Shown here: positions 20,204-29,536 of the stretch, one piece after another
How positions within the stretch are numbered: the stretch's first letter is position 1
Layout: every line of letters begins with the position of its first letter
Made by a program: the position numbers and the translations under genes
Assembly (NCBI GenBank): GCA_963748215.1
Contig: CAVVHS010000008.1
Coordinates: forward strand, 1-64,000
DNA: 64,000 nt
Direction: 5' to 3'
From: an uncultured Gammaproteobacteria bacterium
Lineage (GTDB): Bacteria > Pseudomonadota > Gammaproteobacteria > UBA9214
The notes under the pieces: model-generated
What the model was told of the DNA's origin: nothing
What the model saw: only the letters and a program-made list of their open reading frames with translations
Database searches by the model: none

Positions 20204-22012
20204 ATGAGCAACTATCGTCTTCTGACCATCGTGCTCGTTGGTTTGTTGCTATCGGCCTGTGCGCAGTTCACGCCTTATCGAACCGCAATTCCGAATCTGA
20301 AATCCGCTGATTTTCAACCGTTTGAGTGTGCAGTGGACCAAAGCGTGGTGGATAGAAAGCAAAATGGTGAAAAGGAAAAAGATAAACTCCTGCCGGATGG
20401 GCTCTGCGAGATTCGGAAATCTGCCGGACATGGGAATCGGAAATGCACCGATCCTGAGAGTCGGAACCACGTTGAATGCCAAGCCATTCAGCACCGTTTC
20501 TATCAAACGGAAGATGGACAGGAAGGGGACTACTACCTCTCTTTCGTGGAATTCGATGACCAGGGCTGGTTTGCCGACCGCGAGCAGATGAAAGCGCTTT
20601 TTGCACTTCTTGAGGATCTCGAGAAGAAGGACAAGGAGACCGGTGGCCACATCCTGATCCAGGTCTACGCACATGGATGGAAGCACAACGCAAGCGCCTG
20701 CGACAACAACGTGCTGTGCTTCTCGCGACTGCTCGAGCGTACTGACCTCGCAGAGAAGAATAAAGCGGTCATGCGCTACATGCTGACGGAGATACCTAAA
20801 CTCACAGAGGAGGAGCGCAGGGAGCTCAAGGAGCAGACACCTGAAGATGCCGCCAAGCGTCTCATGTTGAAAAAATCATATTCCATCATGCAAATTCAAC
20901 TAGATATTAGCCGAATGCCTCCTGAAGAGCAGAAGAGAGCGTTGGACAAAATCAAACCCCGGACTGTGGTTGGGGTTTATCTGGGCTGGCGGGGTCTGCC
21001 CTTCGACACCGCGCTCAATAACCTCTCATTCTGGTCCCGGAAGGACACCGCGGCACGCGTGGGCAGTGGGGGCGTCTTTGAGCTATTGACGCGCCTGAAG
21101 GACTACCGGGACATTCGGCAAAGAGATGAGTCTGCGGATACCGACAAGACCCAACTCGTGATCACGGGTCATAGCTTTGGCGGCCTCGTCATCTACTCGG
21201 CCCTGTCACGTGCTTTAATGGAGCGAGCAACGAAGACCTCGCGTCCCACGAAGGCCAACGAGTGTCCTGACCCTGCTACCGAATATGGCATCGCGAAAAG
21301 TTATGGCGACTTCGTGTTCTTGGTCAACCCGGCTTTTGAGGGCTCGCTGTACGAGCCGCTATTCAATATCGCCACGAATCGCTGCTACGAGGAGAAGCAA
21401 CCGCCGGTGATGATGATTGTGACCTCCAATGCCGATAAAGCCACCGGTATTGCGTTCCCGATTGGCCGGACCCTTGATACGCTCTTCCAGCACAAGGGGT
21501 CTGCCGAGCAGGGGGACAGCATGCGCGAGACCATAGGCCACAATGAGAGATACAAGACCCACGACTTGACCTTTGCAGGAGACAGAAACAGGCTTGATGA
21601 TGAATATATAGAGAAGAGCGCCTGCGACTGTCCCCATCTCCGGCCTACGTCTGAATTAACTCTTGATCAAATGCAGGGAGACAGCTTCGACGCCATGTTA
21701 AATGAAAACTACGGTAATGGGCTCTGTCTGAAACCCGTCTCGAGCCCGAAGTACGCAAGCAACTATCCGTATCTCGTGGTCACGACCGACGCGGATGTGA
21801 TAGCGGATCACAACGCCATCTATAATGGGAATTTCACCCTGTTTGCGCAGCAGTTCTTTCAAAAACACATTGCTCTTGAACAGCCCTTACCGCTTCCCAC
21901 CGACCCGTTAGCGTGCTGGCGCGAGCAGAGTGCGGCCAGCGGTCTGGTGCCCGCTGAGCGGTCTTGTAACGACAAAGGCGAATCCTGCAGCGGTCAAACG
22001 CCAACGAACTAA
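20204..22012 (+). CDS. Lipoprotein with alpha/beta-hydrolase (esterase-like) domain
   Basis: Lipobox LSAC; FVEFDDQG, YAHGWKHNA, GHSFGG nucleophile elbow, LVNPAFEG. Confidence 0.82.
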   Translation: MSNYRLLTIVLVGLLLSACAQFTPYRTAIPNLKSADFQPFECAVDQSVVDRKQNGEKEKDKLLPDGLCEIRKSAGHGNRKCTDPESRNHVECQAIQHRFYQTEDGQEGDYYLSFVEFDDQGWFADREQMKALFALLEDLEKKDKETGGHILIQVYAHGWKHNASACDNNVLCFSRLLERTDLAEKNKAVMRYMLTEIPKLTEEERRELKEQTPEDAAKRLMLKKSYSIMQIQLDISRMPPEEQKRALDKIKPRTVVGVYLGWRGLPFDTALNNLSFWSRKDTAARVGSGGVFELLTRLKDYRDIRQRDESADTDKTQLVITGHSFGGLVIYSALSRALMERATKTSRPTKANECPDPATEYGIAKSYGDFVFLVNPAFEGSLYEPLFNIATNRCYEEKQPPVMMIVTSNADKATGIAFPIGRTLDTLFQHKGSAEQGDSMRETIGHNERYKTHDLTFAGDRNRLDDEYIEKSACDCPHLRPTSELTLDQMQGDSFDAMLNENYGNGLCLKPVSSPKYASNYPYLVVTTDADVIADHNAIYNGNFTLFAQQFFQKHIALEQPLPLPTDPLACWREQSAASGLVPAERSCNDKGESCSGQTPTN

Positions 22013-22436
22013 CGCTCAGGAGATATCCGCACGCCTGACCATCCCCGGCAGCCCATAAGGATTACCGCCGGTACGGAGATACGTTGCTGGAGTTGGCAAC
22101 GTATCCACCTCACACGCCGCTCAAGCACACATTGAATTACCACTCTCGGGCGATGTGAATGTCCGCTTCTGGCTGAACCCGATACTACATGTAATCCTTA
22201 TAAACGATATCGACAATCGGCGGGAGTCGACCCTTCTCGGACGTTTTGTCGTTGCTAATATAAACAACGGCTTAACAGGGAAGAACGACCATAATCGGAC
22301 GTACATTTTAATTACAGATAATACTTTTATATTACCGTTAACCTATTGAAGATAAATTCTGTTTTGATTAGATTTACCTTACAAAAAATATATAGAAATT
22401 ATTACGGAGCATCCATAAAACCGGAGGAATCACGTA

Positions 22437-23141
22437 ATGAGAAAACCGTATCACCTCAGCATTTTCTTCCTGATGCTTTTGCTTACGTCAGGACTTGCCT
22501 CAGCCACAATCATTAATTTCAGCGGTCAGCTTGACGTGATAACCGATAACGGCGGAGCGCGATACTCGGGCTCGACTCTTGATCAGGTATTTTCCGGCAG
22601 CTTCAGCTACGGTCAGGAATCTGAGGCAACTACCGACCCCCTTTTTCCCGGTGATTATAATTTCACCTCACCACCCTACGGCGGTCTGATCACCGATGGC
22701 ACGACAGCTACCAGCGGGTCAACCACTGAACCCGTTCAGGTTACGATTGATGACAATGTGGTGCTCGACCTTGATACAGCAAATCTACTGAATAACCTGC
22801 TGGGGACATCTCTGAGTGTTGGCAGTGTGGTAGATATTGCGGACATCGACACCACATTCGTGTCGGCGACTGGCGTGCAAACCACTTTCGGACTGTCCTT
22901 CATTTCACTGGACTCCAACGCCTGGACGGGGGTGGACTTTGCCAACTTCCCTCTCGAATCGGGAAATTACGACCATGCGATATTTTTCATCAACGAGCTG
23001 GATGCCTCGGATAATCCGCTATTTGATGGTCTAGGTGTGCTAGACACAGTCGCCTCCGTACCAATCCCCGCAACAGTGTGGCTGTTCAGTTCCGGCCTGC
23101 TGGGTCTGATAGGAATATCCAGAAGAAAGAAAACGGCCTGA
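22437..23141 (+). CDS. PEP-CTERM/VPLPA-CTERM sorting-domain surface protein
   Basis: Signal peptide; C-terminal VPIPATVWLFSSGLLGLIGISRRKK. Confidence 0.92.
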   Translation: MRKPYHLSIFFLMLLLTSGLASATIINFSGQLDVITDNGGARYSGSTLDQVFSGSFSYGQESEATTDPLFPGDYNFTSPPYGGLITDGTTATSGSTTEPVQVTIDDNVVLDLDTANLLNNLLGTSLSVGSVVDIADIDTTFVSATGVQTTFGLSFISLDSNAWTGVDFANFPLESGNYDHAIFFINELDASDNPLFDGLGVLDTVASVPIPATVWLFSSGLLGLIGISRRKKTA

Positions 23142-23155
23142 CAGTATGCTGAAAG

Positions 23156-23177
23156 ACGGCCCTTCGGGGCCGTTTCT
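23156..23177 (+). terminator. Probable intrinsic terminator
   Basis: ACGGCCC-TTCG-GGGCCGT hairpin followed by TTCT, just after the stop codon. Confidence 0.6.
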
Positions 23178-23312
23178 CATCGCGCTGAATGTCTGAGTTT
23201 GCCGGTTCAGGAAGTTTAGCCAGTTCTTCTATTCGGATCGGTTGAACTGGCAATCCATGTCGATCATTCACGGCCTCGCCTAGTTTCACGAGAGGATCAG
23301 GTATCACGCGGA

Positions 23313-23987
23313 TTATCCTCGTCGGCGTACGGGCATGAACATCAATGCAATGGTCAGCATGGCGCCAGCAGGCAGTATCATAGCCTCGGGTGCTTCCAGC
23401 ACCCACAACGTAGCACCGGTTACGAAGCACCAGGCCACAGGAATCACCGCCAGCCAGGCGGCAACTCGCCCTTTCGCCAGCAGCAACAGGCCGAGTGTGG
23501 CCAGCGCGGTTGCGTCGGGGGTCATCGCGAACAGCTCCGCCTGCATCCACTCGCGTCCGGTGAGGTGAGCGGTCATCGGCATTACCAGCAGCGCGCCCAG
23601 CAGGACGAAAACGCCGATGCCTGCGCGCGCTGAATTTCCGATTTCAAATTCCACCCTTCGACGCGATACCCCGTAGCTGAACAGCAGCAACGCCTGGAGA
23701 AAGAAGACAACCGCGTACCAGTCCGCGATCCAGTGGATGGGGGCGAAGCGAAGATGAAGGAACGCCCAGCCCACCCAGGCCCAGCTCTCGGCCAGCAGGA
23801 TGGCGATCACCCGGCCGCTCCAGGCGGGTTTCAGCCACAGGCTCAGCAAAATGACCACGGCCATGGTTTTGCACGCCAGCTGCATAGGCCACCAGTCGCG
23901 GTGGTAGAACTCAAACAGGCGGAAATAGGTTTCTGGCGTGAACAGCACAAGATCGGCGATGCCGTACGTCCACCATTCATCCATCAC
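23313..23987 (-). CDS. Membrane protein (DUF6064-like)
   Basis: EWWTYGIADLVLFTPETYFRLFE start, many TM segments, PDATALATLG; overlaps the AKR stop. Confidence 0.8.
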   Translation of the reverse strand: MMDEWWTYGIADLVLFTPETYFRLFEFYHRDWWPMQLACKTMAVVILLSLWLKPAWSGRVIAILLAESWAWVGWAFLHLRFAPIHWIADWYAVVFFLQALLLFSYGVSRRRVEFEIGNSARAGIGVFVLLGALLVMPMTAHLTGREWMQAELFAMTPDATALATLGLLLLAKGRVAAWLAVIPVAWCFVTGATLWVLEAPEAMILPAGAMLTIALMFMPVRRRG

Positions 23988-24916
23988 AGGTTTCCGACGT
24001 AAGCGATCATGCGGGCTCGCATGTCGGCATCGGGCAGCGCGCCGTAGCAGGCGCCCATGTTCTCCTTTACGTGCTCGACCTGCGAGGTCGCTGGTATCGC
24101 GCAGGTCACCGCCGGGTGCGAGACGATGAACTTGAGCAGGAACTGCGGCCAGTTGGCGCAGCCGATCTCACCGGCCCATCCAGGCAACGGGTACTTCTCG
24201 AGGCGGTGGATGAGGTCGCCTCGCTGGAATGGGCGGTTAACGATGACTGCGAGGCCGCGTTCAGCCGCCAGCGGCAGCAGGCGCCGCTCGGCCTCGCGGT
24301 CGACAAGGTTGTAGCTGAACTGGACGAAATCGAGTTCGCGGCTTTTCATCACTTCCTCGAACTCTTTGTGACGGCGGCCGTGCGAGGTGGTGATGCCGAC
24401 ATAGCGTATGTTGCCGGCTTTCTTCATCTCGTACAGGTTCTCGAGGTGCTCCTGCCACGAAACCAGATTGTGCACCTGCATGAGATCGAAGCCCGGCACG
24501 CCCCAGTACCTGCGCGAGTCCTCCATCTGCTGGCGGCCCTTGTCCGGCGTCGAGATCCATACCTTGTCGGCGGAGAAAACCTTGCTCGACTTACCGAGCT
24601 TATCCAGCGCGTAACCGATCACCGGCTGCGAGCTGCCGTACATGGGCGAGGAGTCGATCATGCGGCCGCCGGCATCGAGGAAGTGCCGGATCACCTCGGT
24701 GCAGGTGTCGCGTGCGTCGATGTCATCGCCGACATTGAAGGTGCGCGAGCTGCCGAGACCGATCACCGGCATGGCTTCGCCGCTGGACGGGACCGGCTTG
24801 CGGATGAGCTTCTCCCGGCTGGCCGCCTTTGTGGCGGGCACGAGGGCACTGGCACAAAGCACAGCGAGCGTTTTCATCAATTCGCGCCGGGAGAGTCGTT
24901 CAGGAAAAGTCATCAC
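23984..24916 (-). CDS. Aldo/keto reductase with Tat-like signal
   Basis: SRRELMK twin-arginine motif; IGLGS, IDSSPMYG, DLMQVHNL, YVGITTSHG. Confidence 0.93.
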   Translation of the reverse strand: MMTFPERLSRRELMKTLAVLCASALVPATKAASREKLIRKPVPSSGEAMPVIGLGSSRTFNVGDDIDARDTCTEVIRHFLDAGGRMIDSSPMYGSSQPVIGYALDKLGKSSKVFSADKVWISTPDKGRQQMEDSRRYWGVPGFDLMQVHNLVSWQEHLENLYEMKKAGNIRYVGITTSHGRRHKEFEEVMKSRELDFVQFSYNLVDREAERRLLPLAAERGLAVIVNRPFQRGDLIHRLEKYPLPGWAGEIGCANWPQFLLKFIVSHPAVTCAIPATSQVEHVKENMGACYGALPDADMRARMIAYVGNL

Positions 24917-25430
24917 TGTTAGATCTGTTGGAAAATGGCGGTCGCCAAGTCAGTCCAGTGTACTCCAGCCACGGGCTTGCCGGTGATATCGCTGCCTGCG
25001 CATGCAAGTCTCCATACTTCCACGCGTTTCATGCGCAGGCGATCCCGATGAACAATCACCGTACGTCGACGCATGCCGCATACGAAAGGGGTGTCAGCCA
25101 CCTAAGCGCCTCCTCAGATCGATCGTCTATTTGCGTATGGATAGGAATGCTTTCCGGGAAAGGAGGTTCTGTGAGAGATGGATGTCCGATTTTGGCGTAC
25201 TCGGAAGTACCAGCGCAAATACCCGGGTAATTCAGCCAGATAACCGGCTCCGACACACTCCGGAGGTACGACGGGAATTGTCAAATACCAGGTAAGGGTG
25301 GTTACCGGTCGCTGTGATTGCCTTGCATGTGATAAATTCAGAATTCTGACGGTAATCGTGTTGCTTACGGCCATCTGATGGGATAGCGTTTGGCCTCCCA
25401 ATAGAAACTGATCGCTTTAAGGAGTTACTT

Positions 25431-25889
25431 ATGTCCCGTATTTTCAGGATCGTACTTGTTCTTGGCACTGTTTTTATGATGTCGACTACTTTGGTCAGCG
25501 CATCCGATGAGCCGTCGTCCGGCGCCAAAGGGATGCCTGGCGCCGCAGGTACCTTCGAGTTCAAACCTGCCGACTGGATGGAGGGTACCACCTCCTGGTG
25601 GAAGGACAGCGACGGTGTCGATCCTGGCACGCCGGGTTGCCATATCGGCACCGATGAGAAGGGTGCGCCCAACGGCCGCATGTTCGGCGAAGCCTGCCTG
25701 CCAGACGGAATGCTGGTGGAATCCAACCCGGGCTTCGAGGAACTGCACAGCCACAAGAACGACGTCGGCCATCACGATATGTTCGACTGCGACGCCTGGT
25801 GTACCGGCGAGGGCTTCGCCAAGGGAGCTTGCGTTGTGGCAGCTGCACCACCCTGCGAGCAGTCCGCGATGTGTAAGTGCGAGTTGTAA
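25431..25889 (+). CDS. Secreted cysteine-rich hypothetical protein
   Basis: RBS AAGGAG, signal peptide, 8 Cys, GC3-rich codon usage. Confidence 0.8.
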   Translation: MSRIFRIVLVLGTVFMMSTTLVSASDEPSSGAKGMPGAAGTFEFKPADWMEGTTSWWKDSDGVDPGTPGCHIGTDEKGAPNGRMFGEACLPDGMLVESNPGFEELHSHKNDVGHHDMFDCDAWCTGEGFAKGACVVAAAPPCEQSAMCKCEL

Positions 25890-26131
25890 GTGCGAATGAT
25901 CTATTCGGGGCGCCTCAAATACCTCCCTTTCGATCAACAGTGAGTGGTGTTAAGCACCCTATAATGCCCCTGGAATCCATGACGTGAATGGAATTGGATC
26001 ATGCTCACCAAGTCCTGCAGGTATTCGAGAGTAACTTCTTCTGTTTTTGACCTGGTACGGACGGCGGAATACAGCCCCGCTCCGGTACACCGCCAGGTCG
26101 ACCCATAGTCCTCTGCGCTTGCTGTTCGGGC

Positions 26132-26896
26132 TCAGCCGGTTGCAGATTGCTGCTCGGGCAGGCGGAATGCCTGCAGGCCCTGCTGGAACAGGCCGGTGAT
26201 ACTGTCAACCGGGCTCACCTCGTCCAGCGCACTGAGAATCAGCTGGGAGCGGTTCTTGACATGGAATTTTCTGAACAGGGTGGTCAGGTGCGCCTTGACC
26301 CCCTGGTGTGACAGGAAGATGCGTTCGGCGATCTCGCCGGTGGACAAGCCCTGCAGTATCAGCTCGAGCACCTCGAGTTCGCGGGGGGTCAGGCGCTCGC
26401 CCAGTTCCCTGACCCGAGTGTTGATGTCGTTCAGTATCGACTGCTCGGTGATGAAGCGCTGCATGATATGGCGTTCCACCCAGTACTCGCCCCGGCTGAC
26501 TGCATCGAACGCCTTGATGATGTGTTCGCCGGTCATCTTCTCATTGAAATAACCGTGCGCCCCGGCCTGTATCAGACGGTACAGGTAGTCGTCCGACATG
26601 GACTGTCCGAACACCAGCAGGCGCATGCCGGGAAATCCATCCACCATTTCGCGGATGAACGCATCGAAGGGTTCCGGCTTGGAGTTTTCCTGGATCAGCA
26701 GGAAGTCGGGATTGCCGCCGACGAAATGCCTGGTGCAGGGCTCGCCCGGCTCCACGCAGGTGATCGCGCCGGCGGTCGGGCTGGTCTTGAGGATGCGTAC
26801 GATGCCGTCAACAAAGAAATCCTGACGGGCAACAATCAGCGTCTTGTTGCGTGAGGCGCTGTGTACAGCGGCTTTATCCGAGCTGCAGGCAAACAT
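26132..26896 (-). CDS. LuxR/NarL-family regulator with atypical receiver domain
   Basis: LTPRELEVLELILQGLSTGEIAERIFLS HTH; GAHGYF; RBS GGAGGA before MFACSS. Confidence 0.88.
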   Translation of the reverse strand: MFACSSDKAAVHSASRNKTLIVARQDFFVDGIVRILKTSPTAGAITCVEPGEPCTRHFVGGNPDFLLIQENSKPEPFDAFIREMVDGFPGMRLLVFGQSMSDDYLYRLIQAGAHGYFNEKMTGEHIIKAFDAVSRGEYWVERHIMQRFITEQSILNDINTRVRELGERLTPRELEVLELILQGLSTGEIAERIFLSHQGVKAHLTTLFRKFHVKNRSQLILSALDEVSPVDSITGLFQQGLQAFRLPEQQSATG

Positions 26897-27297
26897 ACCT
26901 ATTCCTCCGGCTACCTGGTGATTTAGAAAGTTAGAGGATTTTAATATTATCATTTGTTGTTTGTCAATCCTGCGATTTCTATACTTTTATGTTTTTTTTC
27001 ATGTACTTGTTATTTTTCAGGGCAGACGGCACGCCGTTATCAGCCTGGCATTGCCAGGTATACCCCCGACGTATGTCCAGCCGCATTGCCCCTTGAACAT
27101 AGCCGGCCGTACAGTTGCGGGACGAGCCTGCCTTACCCGGCGTACAGTCAGTGCACGCCAGTCGTGGCCGGACACAAACCAGGGTCAGGTAGCCGACCGC
27201 CGCGCCGGCGGCCTCGCCGGCACAAGCGCGGGGACTGTTGTCGCGAGAACCGCGGCGTTGGCAGGTTGAATCCGGCTACGGGTGCCGGTAACGGAAA

Positions 27298-28029
27298 TCA
27301 CGGTTCGAGAAAACGGCTAACGACCGCCTTGTCGATACCGTCCGTACCGAGTACCGCGATGGCCAGCACATGCTCAGTCGTCGGTTTCTGTACAGCAAAT
27401 TGCCACTGTCCGGCGGCACCGTGCAGCCTGACGGCATCGCACCCGTCCAGGTCGAACCAGACAGACCTGTCCTCATGGGCAAGCCCGGTACCCAGCGCCT
27501 TGCACCACGCCTCGCGCAGCGTCCAGTAGGTGAAGAAGCGTTCGTGATAGACCGCGCTCCCTTCCCGATCGAGCAGGTCTTGCACCTCGGGCCCGGCGAA
27601 CAGCTTCGCGGCAATCGCGCGCATCCGGGGTCGCCTGTCGAGCCTTTCCGCATCGATACCGCAGGCGTCATTCAGCGTCACCACGCATGCTGCCAGGCCG
27701 CTCGTATGGCTCAGGTTGAAACGCAGGTTTACCGGCAACGGGGGCGCCGCGACCTCGGGTCGTCCGTGTGCGCCGCTGACAAAGTGCCAGTCAGCCGGAC
27801 CGACATCGACATAGCAAGACAGTACCCGGCGTACCAGCGCATGCGCGACCAGGAACAGATGGCGGTCCTTTTCGAATCGAAAGCGGCGGTAACGTTCGCG
27901 CTCGTCGTCACCGAGCATGGCAATACAGTCAGCCAGGTATGCGGCATCCGTTACAGCGTCCGGCCTGGCAAGCCAGACATGAACCTCGGATTCCAGCGCA
28001 TCAACATACGAAACATTGCTTGTGGACAC
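27298..28029 (-). CDS. Sfp-type 4'-phosphopantetheinyl transferase
   Basis: GRPE, FNLSHT, CGIDAE, WTLREAWCKALGTG. Confidence 0.93.
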   Translation of the reverse strand: MSTSNVSYVDALESEVHVWLARPDAVTDAAYLADCIAMLGDDERERYRRFRFEKDRHLFLVAHALVRRVLSCYVDVGPADWHFVSGAHGRPEVAAPPLPVNLRFNLSHTSGLAACVVTLNDACGIDAERLDRRPRMRAIAAKLFAGPEVQDLLDREGSAVYHERFFTYWTLREAWCKALGTGLAHEDRSVWFDLDGCDAVRLHGAAGQWQFAVQKPTTEHVLAIAVLGTDGIDKAVVSRFLEP

Positions 28030-28672
28030 AGACGAGACCCTTCAGAGTCCAGGTGCGATTTCCGCTGCGAGAGCCTGCCTGACTTTTCGTGCGGGGCGAC
28101 GACCGGAATCAGTTTACCGGAATGGTCGCGGGATTGTGACATGAAACCCGGGCTGCATGCCCCGACTCGATGGCCGCACAGGACGGCCTCAACAGTACAA
28201 ACAACAATACCCTGCAGGCACAGGGAACTCGCGACTGATATTCAGGTCGTTACGTGAGTGCAGGCGCCGACCCTGATACAGGCCTGTATAGACCTGGCAG
28301 CGAACCCTTGCCGGCGCTGTCGGTTACTGCCGGTTATATTACATGCTCATGATATCAGTATAATTATCGCAACGTTAGCTACCCGAACCGCAACGGCCAG
28401 GCCAGCAAGCAGCGGCGCGATTCCGGCCCGGGCCCGACACCGGGTGCAGATTACAAACCGGCAAGGACGCGACGGTGATCGGCTGCCATCCCCACCAGCC
28501 GGCGTGTTGCTGTGGCTTGTGTGCGCGGAGCAAGGACAAAGATCGCTGTTCAGGACAAGCACGAGCCTGCTCCGTTGACGCTCGCCGCGGGAACCGGGCA
28601 GGACTGCAAGTCAGGCGGCAGTGTAATCCGGGCCATTCTGCCGGGCATCGGGATGTCTATAGATTCCATCTC

Positions 28673-28692
28673 ACCGGACAGGCCGGTTTTTT
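28673..28692 (+). terminator. Terminator-like hairpin upstream of the small secreted-protein gene
   Basis: ACCGG-ACAGG-CCGGT followed by TTTTT. Confidence 0.5.
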
Positions 28693-28718
28693 CGATACGG
28701 TAAAAACGAGAGGACAAC

Positions 28719-29027
28719 ATGAACTGGATAACAGTAACGCCGATCATCCTGGCCCTGTCTGCAACGGTATTTGCCGCGCCGGAACCTGCAGTCGACGCCA
28801 GCAGCCTGTGGAAAGGCTATGTCTGTCGCGTGACCGACTGGCCCGATTGTGAACAGAACAGGAACAACAAGCGCGTCTATCCAGACGAGCGACTGTACCC
28901 GGATAAAAATACCTGTCTCGACAGCTTCGGTCAGTTGTTTGAAAATGACCCGGTGATGTCGGAAAAATACCCGCAAACGAACGATGCCAGCAACAGCTAC
29001 GTCTTCGATTGCGAGGCGGTGCGATAA
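28719..29027 (+). CDS. Small secreted hypothetical protein (4 Cys)
   Basis: RBS GAGAGGA, signal peptide ending VFA, four cysteines. Confidence 0.75.
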   Translation: MNWITVTPIILALSATVFAAPEPAVDASSLWKGYVCRVTDWPDCEQNRNNKRVYPDERLYPDKNTCLDSFGQLFENDPVMSEKYPQTNDASNSYVFDCEAVR

Positions 29028-29275
29028 TCTCACCGCTCATTGCATGCGCGCACTACAGGCGGCCCGGGCAGGTCGCCACCACCTGCCGGCAGGATCAGAC
29101 AGACAGCGCTATCGACACGGGGACAGGACATACATATCCCGGACTGTACGGCGCTCGCCCTGGCAATGACAGGCGCGTAAACATGGGACTGGGCACACTA
29201 CGAAGACCGGCGGGCAGCCCGGCAGGCAGGCGCGCCCTCCTGCCATGGCGTGAATTGAACCTCAGCGGGACAGGC

Positions 29276-29376
29276 AAAAAAAACTGCGGCAACCTTGAGC
29301 AGACCAGGGAGGAGGCAGGAGTCTGCGAGAGGCCGCCGCAAAGCGTGTGAGTTTTCACAGGATTGGCTTTTGACAG
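29276..29376 (-). ncRNA. Predicted small RNA with CCUCCUCCC (anti-Shine-Dalgarno) loop
   Basis: Minus strand: TAGAAT -10 (29382-29387), small TGTGA/TCACA hairpin, long stem TGCGGCGGCC/GGTTGCCGCA plus GCAGAC/GTCTGC around loop TCCTGCCTCCTCCCTG, then T8. Confidence 0.62.
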
Positions 29377-29411
29377 TGAATATTCTAGCGGGCATCAGTC
29401 GCCGGCAGAAT

Positions 29412-29441
29412 GTGACATGGTGCCGCGCGACATTCGGTCGC
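29412..29441. promoter_or_regulatory. Tandem RegA/PrrA/RegR binding boxes
   Basis: GTGACATGGTGCCGC (one mismatch) and GCGACATTCGGTCGC (exact) match the RegR box GNGRCRTTNNGNCGC; located just upstream of regB. Confidence 0.7.
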
Positions 29442-29536
29442 ACCCGGATACGCATGCGGCATACACAGCACGACAACAGCTGTCGCCTGCCGGCACGGGA
29501 CTTGTCGCCTGCTGACCACCCATGCATTATCCGGAT

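Noticed and set aside
22030-22140. attC after the lipoprotein hydrolase
   Set aside because: GCCTGAC...ATTGAAT ends are too degenerate; only the inner GATACGTTGC/GCAACGTATC hairpin is solid
28445-28500. c-di-GMP-I riboswitch suggested by ACAAACC...GGACGC
   Set aside because: Lacks the GNRA-capped P2 stem, the GCAAA linker and the P3 receptor
29095-29358. 87-aa minus-strand ORF over the predicted sRNA
   Set aside because: No recognisable motif, and it reads through a strong hairpin and T8 terminator
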